Below the pieces are notes generated by a model that saw only the letters and a list, made by a program, of their open reading frames with translations, was not told the DNA's origin and did no database searches. Below are positions 1-12,034 of a stretch of 64,000 bases of DNA, piece by piece. Source of the stretch: Phoronis australis (taxonomy: Eukaryota > Animalia > Phoronida). Location: positions 44,479-108,478 of the forward strand of contig NMRA01000544.1 of NCBI GenBank assembly GCA_002633005.1. The letters run 5' to 3'. The position numbers were made by a program, and so were the translations under genes. Position 1 is the stretch's first letter. Every line of letters starts with the position of its first letter.

Positions 1-792
1 TCTTTGACTCCTACAAAAGACCAAGCACGAGACCAGGACTCCGGCAAAGCAATATGTATACTATTCCAGCCTCCATCAGCCAAGCCTTCAGAAGATCAAC
101 GATATTAACTTGTATTGACATCTGGAATTCCTTACCATTCAAAATAAAAGAAAGCACTTCAATCGTCACTCTCAAAAATAACTTTAAAATGCATACCACT
201 ACTCCAGACTCCATTGACATCATTCCAACTTCCCTGCAACCATGAAATAACCCTATACAGATCAAGATGTGGTCTATTCCTAAACAAAGAGAAATTTAGA
301 CATAATTTTAATAATATTTCGGCTCTGTGTTCCTGTGGAGATACCCAGACATATCCTCATGTTTTCTTTGCTTGTGAGGTACACCTGTATGCAAGGAGGA
401 GAGGGTACAGCTCTTCCAGGCACTCGAACAATACCCCAATGTTTATAAAAAATACTCTGAAATTCCACAATTGTACAACAAAGTTAATTTCTTTCTTTAT
501 GGATGTCAAGAACTTAACTCAAACGAAAATATGGTTTTATTTGAAATAGTATCAGAATTTCTGTATAACATTAAATCTCTTTGTGTGAGTGGATAGAATT
601 TTATACATCTGTATGAAAATGAATTATTTTCTTTCGTTGTCATATATCATGGTATTCTTAACATCATTTTTTATTCATGTATTCGTATATAATCATTGTA
701 TGTAGACTTCTTTGTATTTTTTACCCAGATCTAATGCCTCTTGGCGCTTTTTGGGTTATGTATATTCATTGTATTCTGAAGATTTAAAAAAA
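1..792 (+). mobile_element. 3' fragment of a non-LTR retrotransposon (CR1/L2-group LINE ORF2 C-terminus and 3' UTR), frameshifted
   Basis: ORF pieces read DIWNSLPFKIKESTSIVTLK and LCSCGDTQTYPHVFFAC, typical of the C-terminal end of CR1/L2-type ORF2. A T-rich 3' UTR follows, ending in a short A run at ~786-792. Confidence 0.65.
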
Positions 793-2499
793 GATGGCGG
801 AAAAAACGGCCGCCAAAATCGGTGTTTACTGCTTTCTGGCATGTTACTCATATGTAACATCTGGAACTAAAACAATAATTTTATACTTTTCATAAAAGGC
901 ATACAAATCAAAAGATGCCAAGTTTCCGTAAAATAAAACTAATGTGGCCTACAAAATGGCGGCCGAAACGGCAATTTGGTATATGTTGCAAGAATTCTCT
1001 TTATATTTTGCCTTGAAAATGGCAATATTTTTATTTTTATTTTTATTCTTTTGTAACTTAGACAATTGAATATATCTGGATGTTACAACTGGTCACTTGT
1101 TGACGAGAAAAAAATCAAGATGGCTGACAAAATGTCTGCCAAAATGGCCACCAATTCACAAAACCCAAATTTACCGCATTAACGTTCTGCAAATTTTGTT
1201 TGTAACCTGATAGACGTTTACACAAAACCATTTACAATATAAAGTCAGGGTTAATGAGTTGATTGTTTCTATAATTTGTTTTTAAGATTTAGATACTAAA
1301 TGTGCAATTTTAATCACATTTTAGATTATGTAACATAAAAAATGTTGTTTTTCAGAAAAAGCTTTAGTTGAATTTTTATAATAAACTTCTCACAATCAAT
1401 TATTTTTCTGTAAAATATATTAACTTGAAGTATCAAAAATAATATTTTTTAGAAAAATATGTAATTCAGGTGGAGTTATTGGCTTATTCATTACACGAAC
1501 CCTTAATAAATTTGGGCAGGAAGTGGCTTTTTCTCTGCTATTGGAGATATCATTAGTTGTTCCCAAGCATCGATTTCGTCTGCTGCTGGCATGTATTGAG
1601 AATTTGGCTGCTCTTTTCACCTAAATTTGATGAAAAGCAAATAGAATTGTGTAACAAAAAGTTAATAATTAAATTTTAACAGTTAGTACTCACAATTTGC
1701 TTAATTTGCATGCTTTTTATGAACATGGGTAACTGATTTTAGGGGATATTAGTGCCGGCAAACCAAACGATAGTGATCTGCATTCACTTGTTCTTAGCCA
1801 GTCTTGGCAGATTTCATACTGAGATGAGCTTTTTGTGATGTGTTGGATACGTAATGTCAGACACAGGGCTTCAAGAAGTTCTTGAGACGGTGCATGCATC
1901 AAACACTGTGATGCTTATGTTAAATGGAAAAAGTGTGGATAGAGCAGTTAGGGGGCATATGTTGGTAGAGTGAATGCTATCATAAAAGCCAGAACATTCC
2001 ACATCCCACTTCCACATATTGACAGATCAAGTACCGCTAATCCATAACCAATGAAGAAAGAAGTTCCGGTTCCTCAGAAATTCCAGGAGTCCCGAATGTC
2101 ACCAACACAGAACACACAGATTCCGTGCCAAGAGGTGGAACTATTCAGATTTTTGAGACATCCCAACTGATCACATAACAAGATGTATACACTGGGTCAT
2201 GCCATGTCCAGCCAGTGTCTTCCGATTCTGAACCTTGCATTACAGTGGAATACCCTCAAGAGACTTCACTTCTGGCTTCCGACCTACTGCCACTGGTACA
2301 TTCAAACACGACTGAATCAGAGTATAGGTCTTCAGAATTCACAGTGACAAAGAATAGTTCGTCAGAAGAATCAATGGCCAATGTTATACTTGATGATGAT
2401 TTGAGAGCTGCTCTGAAACTGTATGATGATCTTATTGCTGGCATGTCGTCTGTGTGTGGCGATATATGCTCGTCAGAGTGTCTTGTACGTATCCAGAAA

Positions 2500-4610
2500 A
2501 AATGGAGGCACATAAATCAGACTTGTTCTTGCAAAGTTGAATCATTAGTCTTCGGCAACACTATATGAAGATGACTGACATCTTTCGACTTCTTTAAAAG
2601 CAGAAATAATGTTAGATTGGGAGCTTCTCCAAAAAAACAGTTTTTGAAATGTTGCCTTAGTTTGCATCTGCTGGTCACAACTCGTATGCAAAATCTGCAT
2701 ACAAATACTTGCAGCAGACACAGCAGCTCAAAGACTCACATCCAGACGTCTACGGCCAACACGCCATAAGACAAAGTGACAGATTTTAGACAGGCTTGTC
2801 ATAATGAGATATGATCTTGTAATTGAACTAAAGCTCATGAAAAGTATTAAAACAAGAGGTTTAACCAGAGGTTGAAAAATGGGAGATACGTAGAGTGCAC
2901 CGTGGTTGCTTTCCTTGACGTGATGCTCAAGTATAAGTGGTGCCATGCAGACTGTAACAAACTTCAGTTGCGAAACAAGTCAGCAGCATAAAGAATGTAC
3001 CCAGGCAAGACAGTCACGTGACAACAAAGACATCCGCAGCCTTGTTGAATTCCTCCACAACAGAAACTCATTTTAAAGAGAAACATTACAGAACATCGCC
3101 ACTGGTGTGACTGCAGGCACATGCGCCAATGCCGAAAATGCCAGAAGTGGAGAAGGCGGTTCACTTGTTCAAGTGTGAAAAAGACTTCACATTCTGAAAG
3201 AAAGATAAGGTTGTGGCAATGACAAGTCAATCACTTCATGTTGCTAATAGTGATTTTACACAAGTGTATCCACGACTGCTATTTCAGCGAATCCTGACAG
3301 CTGCAAAAGACAACAATGAAAGTTCATCAAGCCTTTTGCAGTTTGAGCTGTATGTGTTGGTTCCCTTGCTCTTTATGATACATCTTGTCTTCCCAGAGTC
3401 GCTAATAAATCAATATGAGTTGATGCACTCTGGTCCAGTGGGGGACTACCAGAGGATTTCAATTTCCAGAAAACACGGTGATGCATGTAATCGACGGCAG
3501 TTCTCTCCACCGTATTCCATGGCCTAGAGGTGCAACGTTTCAGTCATTTGGTACAGCTTATGTGGATTACAACAGGAAGTGCACACAGCTTACTGTTGTT
3601 TTGATGGTTACTGAGAAGGACCATCAACTAAAGATGTCTCCCATGTTCGAAGACAGAGTGGGGTGGTTGGAACTAAAGTTCACTTCAATGGTGACATGGT
3701 GATCAAGTCAAAGAAGGAACATTTTGGCAAAGAGCAAAAACAAACACCGATTCATTCACTTCTTGTCAAGTTCGCTAGGAAATGCTGGATGCACAGTGGT
3801 ACAAGCTCAAGGTGACGCAGATGTTTTAATTGTAGAAACAGCAGTAGAGAACGCAGCACAAGGTGCAACTATCCATATTGCAGACGATACAGACTTGTTG
3901 GTTCTTTTGTGTCACTATGCTACTTCACAACAAATTCCAATGTTCAGGAAATTTGACAAGAGACACCAAAGCAAGAGGAGAGTCTGGGACATCAAGAAAC
4001 TACTGTTATCTCTTGGTGCCGAAACTTACACAGTTTTGCCATTTGTGCATGCAATAGGTGGTTGCAATACAACCTTACGGCTGTTTGGTATTAGCAAAGG
4101 CTCTCCCATTCAAGAAACTGCGTGGTCGACAATTCTGCAAAAACGCTAGCAAGAGTGTTCACTAGACCCATGCAGCTAAAGCAAAACAAATTTGAAGCTG
4201 GTAAGAGTTGTGTCTTTGCTTTATGGTGGTACTGGCTCAGGAAATTTAGATGACTTGCGATACTGGGGATTTGTGGATGAGGTGTCAGACTAGCCCCAGT
4301 CCAAATACATTCATTACCACCAACTTTCGTCAGTAGCTAAATTTCATGCTGCCGGGACATATTATCAAGAGCAAGAGTGGTCAAGTTTCCGTGTAAGTGG
4401 CCTAGACTCGCTGTATTGAAGATGGAAGCTGGCAGATGGAAAATTCATTCCCAAAACCACGGACCAGTCAGCAGCACCAGAGAACCTGCTGAAAGTAGTA
4501 AGATGTTCGTGTTAGATCAACTGTAGTTCCAAGAGATGTACTTGCAAGAAAAGAGGATTGCCGTGCTCGGTTGCATGTTGAGAATGCCGTGGTATAACTG
4601 CAGCAATTCA
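2500..4610 (+). pseudogene. Fragmented Academ transposase with XPG/PIN-like nuclease segment and C-terminal Cys-rich zinc finger
   Basis: Segments read GHNSYAKSA, LMKSIKT-RGLTRG, DADVLIVETAV..IADDTDLLVLL..WDI..LPFVHAIGGCNTT..LFG and KVVRCSC*INCSSKRCTCKKRGLPCSVAC, with multiple stops and frameshifts. Confidence 0.7.
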
Positions 4611-4974
4611 TTCTCAGTTGACAGAGATTAGTTGTGTAAATAATGATTGATTGTGTAGAGGTTCACTAGCATTTAACTAACTGGAAGTGACACAGACGGT
4701 GTGGATAGTAGATCACTAAATTAATTGCAGAAAGTTATTTTTGATACAGCACATTTTTTTAGGAGGAGAATGATCCTTCAGTCCTGGCGAACCTGATGTG
4801 TTTCACTCAAATAAGTTACTATTTATCAAACAGTCTTGAAAATGGTAGTCGTAATCATCAGAGCCGGACAAAAATTATTGTAATGGACGTGCTGACCTAA
4901 AAACTCAGGATATGAAATCTGTGAAGATGGCATGTCTCTGGAATATGAAGTTCTTACACGAAGCAACTATATGG

Positions 4975-5625
4975 TGGCCATCTTAGAAAATGGTGGAAGT
5001 AATCATTAGAGCCAAACGCAATAAGTCTCAATGGATCAGTCTACCAAGCAATCCTATGATACAATGTTTGAATCAAGACGATACACTAATCTGTTTGTGC
5101 GAAGTTGTGCGACTCGAAATAGTTTTGGAGGCTATCTTGGAAAATGGCGGATGGTGTCACTATAGCCATGCAATTTTTTTTTTCAATGGATTTGTTGTCC
5201 CACAAAAGATAGGTAAACCTTTTTGAATTTTTTACTGTAACACATTCCACTCTCGAGTTATAATGATCATCTGCAAATCTGGCGGCCATTTTGTCTGCAA
5301 TCTTGGAAATGGTGGAAGTAATCATTAGAGTCAAATGCTATGAGTCTCAATGGATAAGTCGACCCAGAAAACCTATGATGCAACGTTTGAAGCAAGACGA
5401 CACACTAATCTGATCCTGCAAATTTGTGCGACTCGAAGTAGTTTTGGCGGCCATTTTGGAAAATGATGGACGGTGTCACCACAACCATGCAAAACTATTT
5501 CCAATGGATTTGTTGACTCTTGAAAGATAGGTAAACCTTTTTGAATTTTTATTCTATCACATTCCACTCTCGAGTTATAATGGTCATCTGCAAATCTGGC
5601 TGCCATTTTATCCGCCATCTTGAAA
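4975..5625. repeat. ~320-bp tandem duplication in the Academ subterminal region
   Basis: AAAGATAGGTAAACCTTTTTGAATTTTT recurs at ~5205 and ~5523, and GGTGGAAGTAATCATTAGAG recurs at ~4992 and ~5311. Confidence 0.75.
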
Positions 5626-5794
5626 CACCAACTTCCGCCACTTCGATTGCGGTAGACTTTTTTCTCATACTAAGGGTTGTGAAAGGATACAATTGATGCA
5701 ATAAAACCTTCTGTTGCATTTTCCCGGTCATCCGTAGAATGACTGGACTATTACCTGTATACTATTTTTCAATCGCTTGTGGTTTATTTTACAG

Positions 5795-5976
5795 GGTCTC
5801 GGATGTGTCTTGGGCAACAGCTGGCAAAGCAGGAAATCTTTTTGATCTTCACAAATGTTTTGCACCAGTTTCGGATAACACCGCCACCTGGCGTTGATAA
5901 AATTTCGACAAAGGGACATACCCGAATCACTTTTCTTCCCAAACCATTCAAGATATGTGCAAAACCGTACCACTGA
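5795..5976 (+). CDS. Terminal (heme-binding) exon of an upstream clan-2 cytochrome P450 paralog; earlier exons lie before the window
   Basis: Acceptor ttttacag, then (G)SRMCLGQQLAKQEIFLIFT...KICAKPYH* . It is 182 nt long with the same phase as exon 6 of the two complete genes. AATAAA at 6252. Confidence 0.88.
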
Positions 5977-6539
5977 GCTTCTCAAAACCGGTTGGATTCC
6001 TAGGATCCCGGATTTGTTGAACCTCGATTAGATCAGTTCACAAGCTGAATTGGGGTATGAGCACACGAACCGGAAGGCTGTTTAAAATATATTTCAGTTC
6101 AGGAATGTAGATACATTAGTTTGCTGTGAAAAATTTCTGTTCGTATCAATTAAATTCACATGCTTTAAAGTGTAGTGCAACTTATTCACATGTTTCTCAA
6201 AAGACATTTTGTTCTTCACTTCAGAGCTGGTGACCTCCGAAGATTAAATCGAATAAATAACTTTCAAAGGTGCAGTAGATGAGACATGTACATTGAAACA
6301 TGTAGAATGACAGTGATATCTTATTTCACTTATCAAAAGACATAATTACACACGGAGTGCTACTCAATAGCTCCCCCCCCCGACATTGTTTGGCAGCTTC
6401 CGAATAGCGAAGCAATGTAATGGACAGGGGCCAGTATCGTTTACATGTTTGAAAAGTTCGATCCCTAATAATTTCATTCTGAAAGTGAGCAGCGTGACTG
6501 AGTTTGCCCTAGATAACAATGCTGAATACGAGAAGCTAC

Positions 6540-7700
6540 AATCATTTAAGACAAACTTTAAGGCACGGTAGTGGATTAATTTTCTCTATATTTCTGCTCC
6601 TCTGGATAGCACACATGTGCCAAACTAAGGGACAATGGTGTCAATGGCTAAGTCTAAAAATGACTAACATATACTTGGATGACTTGTTAGGAATGTTATC
6701 AACTTGACAATGGAAACTGAGTTTGTTATGTACAGCAACACCCAAAAGCTTAACAGACTTGGCTCACGCTAAATTGGCACAACCATTGGTCAAGTAATTT
6801 TCTTGTTTCTTCTGAAAACAATAATTTTCTGTATTTGCATGCATATGGTTGACTTTAAACCAAGCTAAATCAATCTGTGTGACCATATTAAATGAGCCTC
6901 TGACATTTTGAATAGATTTGTCAACGTGTACAATAGTGTTGTCGTTGGAATAGTTGTAAAGATTGCATTTACCACTGAGTAGAGACCCAAGATCATTACT
7001 AAAAACATTAAATAATAGAGGTCCCAAAGCGGAGCCTTGAGAAACCCTTTTTGGAACGAGGTGTCATTTACTGTATTCAGGTGCACGATCTTAGCTCTCA
7101 TACATCTTTCAGATAAGTAGGATTTCAATAACTTGCAAGCTCTTTGTGGACAGCCGTATGCCTTAATCTTTGAAATTAGTGGATCCAGTGGAAGGTGGTC
7201 AAATGCTTTTGACAGGTCTATCAGCAAGCAGCCTGCAACTAATCTGTTTTCCATTGCCGACTTGATATCCTTAATAATATTTCTTGGCAACCATAGCCTT
7301 TTCTAAAGGCACACGGATAGTTACTAAGAACATCGCTGAAATAAGCAGCAAGTTGCCTGTGAAGCAATCTCTGAAACACTAGATTGAAGCAATCTCTGAA
7401 ACACTAGATTTAGAGTTAGTGAGACTGTGACACCTCTGGTCTGTCTCCGTTTTTGAAATGGGAGGAACTTGACTACAGACAACGGTATGCAATCATTGTA
7501 AATTTGCGTGGGCTGCATAGCTAGAACTTCTGCACCTAGCTTACAAAACCTTGCGGGACTATTGTCGTTGCCTGTTGCTTTATTGGATTTCAGAAGTGTT
7601 ATTTCATTCGAGTAAACTCTCTATCTCCATTCTATGAAACAAGATTAATCGCCGTCTACGCGTCCCGGTTGGGCTCTTCTTTCACTAGCGTTACCTAGTG
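6540..7700 (-). mobile_element. Degenerate LINE (CR1/L2-like) reverse transcriptase fragment
   Basis: Minus-strand translations KATGNDNSP..., GCLLIDLSKAFDHLP..KIKAYG..LLKSYLSER and GPLLFNVFSNDL..LYNYSNDNT match RT domains. A 25-bp tandem duplication lies at 7361-7410. Confidence 0.85.
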
Positions 7701-9449
7701 AATTTCAAGCTTGACTTTTCTTTGCCACAGGTTACAAGACTATTTGAAAGGTTTGGCATCATGAAGGGGTGATATAAAATGGAATTACGCAAGGGCGAGC
7801 AAAAGGTGGCGTTATAGGACGCCATACAACAAGTATGGGATCAAACGAAAGCACAAAAAAATCTTTGATAATGAGGCGAACAGGGTTGGTTAAACGACAC
7901 AGAAAATGCGACGATGGCGTGGGGAGGAGCTACACAAATTCCGGTTACCTGTCCATCTAACCAAACAAAATGCCAATCAAACACGAGATAACAAATTTCG
8001 CCTCAGTATGCAGCTGGTGTTGAGAAGCGCAGTTCAGTTCCCACACGTTGCTGCGTTGACTGACTTTCTATCTGCATTGGAGATAAGGTTATCTTCAGCT
8101 GTCACAGTGAAAGTGCAATATGGTTACAAAGTGTAGACACACAAACGGCTAGACTTTCACCGATATCTCTCAGTTCAAAGTTTATTTGCGTAAATAGTGG
8201 GATGAAAGTGTAAAGATTTCGTACTCGATGTTATACAGGTGTACAACTGATTAGATTAAGCTGATCGTCCTGTTCCCTAGAATGAACACACAGTGTATCT
8301 TGTATGTACACGACCCCGTCACAGAAATACATGTACATGATGACCTCATGAGACCGTGAATAGGGCGCTGGGTCGAATCTATGTACTCGAGTTATGTTAA
8401 CCATTTCCCGATCTGTCATCGAGTACCATATGATTCATTTGCATGAGTGTCTAGCCCTAGTTGCCACTTGATGATACCCTCATTAAAGCTATATGCTCTA
8501 GCTTGCATTCAAGATCTCGAGTTTTTAACTTGAAATTTCGTGTTTTTAGTCGAGTTTGTTGCTCAAATCTAAGAATCAACAAGTTCCAACATGGACTACA
8601 CGTTAATCTATGTAAACCACGCTATAATCAAGCACAAAATACAGCAAATTTTTTGATTTTATGATAAAAAGGCGGGAATTCGGAGATAAGACCCAGGGTT
8701 CGGGGCTGCGTTACGTAGAACAATGAAGATCTTGTGAGAAAAGCAAAATCGCGCAAACGTTCGTGAGATATCGGCATGCATTTCAAGAGAAGGCACGCGA
8801 TCACATGACTTGCTCGCGAATTTCTTATGTCTATAGGACACGTCCCAGATACTGAACGTGACGTCTGTCTCGATGGAGTTACACTAGTGTACATTGGGCA
8901 AAATTTCAGGAATAGTATTTAGTAGCGGTTTTTCCGAATCCATCGTTCATGTGATTAAAGATAAAGATGTCTTTGTTCGAGATAATAATCAGGCTAATAT
9001 GAAGTTCTGACTTCCCATATGGGAAGAACGGGCAAGAAATGGGATGGGCAGGGCTGTATCGTTAAATTGTAATAAAATCAACCTTACCAATTTACACTCC
9101 TCTCAAATTTACAACTAATTACAAGTGGTCGTTCGTAATGTTGATATAAGCACGCTTTCTGTCAAAATAGCTTTTGATTTCGACACAATTGGTTTTAACT
9201 TGTTTCTTACTCGGATTAGATGCGGCTTGACCAGAACTTGTCAAGAAGTGAGTAGTTGAGATCTGACTCACTAAGTTGGCTTGTCACGGCGATATATTTT
9301 ATGCGCCGTGTATGGTCTTTAATAATTACGAACTATCGAAGCTTCCTACGCTTTAGCAACCACATCTCATCTGAGGAAGGAACATTTTGAGACAAATTTT
9401 GCCATTGTCGTCATTTCCATAAACACATGTGCAGAGATAAGCTGATTGT

Positions 9450-10561
9450 TCCCAGCAACGTTGGTTCAGAATACAAAACATGAATTGTGCCCTGAACACT
9501 CAGGAATTTACCAAGACATCGTTATGCCACATCCTGTTGTTGACCTTTCATCTTGTTTTCTTGGCATCAGCTATCTTTACTTTCTCGTGTACACTTTGAA
9601 CAGCAGCTTGTTGATAAGATTAGGGCAAGTTTGTGTGTGGGATTAATTGATAACAGTTTACACCTGTACGTCAGGTGTACTAATCGCATTCGTTTTAGGC
9701 CAAAACAGAAGCATACACATTCAATGAGGAATACTTTGACCAATGTGACGGTGTTGCTATTGGGAGTCCTCTCGGTCTTGTACTACCTAATATCTGGACG
9801 GTCTATTTAGAACAGACGGCATTTAAAAACTGTCCTACGGATTTACCATCGCATCACAAAATTTATGTTGATAACATTTTTTCTACCATTTAGTCATCAT
9901 AATCAGGCTGAGTCATTTCTTGACTGGATGAACACCTTATGTAATAGTATTAACTTGACCATGAAGTCAGAAGCAGACAACTGCATTAATTTTCTTGATG
10001 TATTAATTCACCGTCAGAATGACTTGCTATCTACATCAGTGTATAGAAAACCTACTTTCTCAGGTCTGTACCTCAGGTGGGATAGTTTTGTTCCCAGAAC
10101 TGGTTTAGTCAATGGTCTGATTAATCGGGCCTTGAGGATATGTAGCAATTCTGACTTGTTTGACTGTGAACTTGAATTTTTAAACAATCTCTTGTTTCAA
10201 AATGCATACCCTAAAACATTTATAAAATATTGCACTGACAGGTTTTTACGCAACCAATCCAAGAGAACTGTGGATGTTTGTCATGGGCGTGAGCTGAAGA
10301 AAGTATTTCTCAATCTCCCCTATTTGGATAACAGTACATGTAGTTATGTGGTCGACAGGCAGGATAAAACAATGCTTGGACCTATTGCTCCATGTTTGCA
10401 ACTCTTAACAATATTTAAACCTGCAAACAGACTTTTGTCATTGTCTAAACTAAAAACACCATTGAGCAATTGTCAAAGAAGTCATGTTGAGAACCAACTC
10501 ATCTGTAGGGACTGTGAACAGTTTTAGATTGGAATGACGATAAGGATTCTTAGCATCAGAG
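9450..10561 (+). mobile_element. Penelope-like retroelement fragment (RT C-terminus and start of GIY-YIG endonuclease)
   Basis: ORF 9865-10527 reads NFLDVLI..TSVYRKPTFSGLYL..INRALRICS..ELEFL..NAYP..LPYL..CRDCEQF*IGMT.R. It is cut at the TTAA where the Kolobok element starts. Confidence 0.85.
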
Positions 10562-10565
10562 TTAA

Positions 10566-11420
10566 AGGCGAAGGCAACCTTTTTTCATGTCACTTTTAGC
10601 AAAAATAAAGTAAAGTTCGTTGGTTATATCAGACATATTTTCCACTTAATTTCAGCTTTTCGTATCTTTATTAACTTTTCGTTCTCTACTCCGGAAGGGA
10701 CGTTTTGGGAAGCAAGAATTTCAGGCAAATTTCTTTTCATATAGTATGACTATGAGAGCTGTCGATTCAGTCATTGATCTACATAGGGGTGATAAATTCG
10801 TCGTTTGCTTTTGTTCACGTACATGCACACTGTTGCCACGTACCGGGATGTACTCATTATTGCCCAAAGCCTCTAACTAGCCATTCTGCGATGTTGAGTA
10901 GTGGCAGTGAATACAGGCCCAGTTCGTCGTTCAAAGAACAGATCGGTGAGCCAAACTTTGATAAGTTTACTGTGGACTTGTCTAAAGTATTGGAGCTATT
11001 TATAACGTGCCAGGTGTGTGGTGAGGGTGTCACATGGCGGGGTGTACGCAGTTTTTGTGCTCAGGTCACTATACAGTGCGAGTGTGTCGTGGGACACTCG
11101 GGCAAGTTGGACAGTTGTTCCTCTGTCCGTGAGACAATAATGAGTACATCCCGGTTCACTGCAACAGTGTGGCATATTGACTGACTCGTAAACAAAAGCA
11201 CAGACAACCGAACTTATCACAACCGATATAGAACAATGACTGACTTAGCAGCTTTCACAGTCAGATTATATGAAAAGAAATTGGCGCGAAATTCTTTCCT
11301 CCCAAGACGTTACCTCTGGAGTAGAAAACGAATAATTAATAATAGTAATAAACCGAAACGTCGGATCACCATGTCTATATTTATGTACGCGCTAATTTTA
11401 AAACTCCTGCTTAAGGTGTA
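10566..11420. mobile_element. Non-autonomous Kolobok-like element with long imperfect inverted repeats
   Basis: Starts TTAA|AGG. 10665-10865 is an inverted copy of ~11135-11345. The interior encodes KFTVDLSKVLELF..CQVC..VTIQCECVVGH and CC-x-PGC THAP-like starts. The right tip is not clearly preserved. Confidence 0.55.
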
Positions 11421-12034
11421 CTAATAAACAAATTCTAACAGTGAGAATAACGATAATACTTGAAAGGAAAATTTAATGAATTTCTTGTGATTTTAATTCG
11501 CGTCTGGTTATTCCTGGAAATCGATTGGTTTGGTAAATCAACATATAAGTCGAAATCTGTCCTTCTTTGCCGCGACTTCCTATGCTAAATTTGCGTTCTA
11601 TCATCGAGCGTGGTTACTAATGAGTTATCATATTTAAGGACTCATGGAACTAGCTCATGCCTAGATTTTTTGTCTCGTAATTGTCATTTGTGTGAAAATG
11701 TATTGTGCACGTATTTGCAGAATTGTTGCATTCAATTCTGTTTAACTATTTGCTTCCGAATGTCACACTTGATCCAAATGCTTTTGAGATCGGTGGTAAC
11801 CACCATTCAGTAACTTTCATTCAAACAGTTTGTGGTGTTAACGAAATACGAGGTGAGCGTTCTTTCAAATTCTTGGAAATGTTTAGTTTGAGGAGTAGTT
11901 AATCAAGTGCTCCTGCGTGATTGAACCACACGTGCGAACGCTCCACCGAAAGAAAGGTATAACCTTTTTATTTATTGAACGAAACCTTTTGTCACCACTC
12001 GTTTACCGACGGAATATGATTGGCTTTGTCAATA

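Larger units (their letters stand above)
793..5750 (+). mobile_element. Decayed Academ (AcademX-like) DNA transposon; left end interrupted by the LINE or outside the window
   Basis: Right terminus GACTGGACTA (reverse complement TAGTCCAGTC, Academ-type TAG..CTA end) at 5750. Many AAAATGGCGGC/GCCATCTT subterminal motifs at 790-1150 and 4970-5640. Internal broken transposase. Confidence 0.7.

Noticed and set aside
2215-2568. 117-aa Ser/Glu-rich ORF as an independent gene
   Set aside because: It lies inside the Academ element directly before the transposase remnants and has no separate gene signals.
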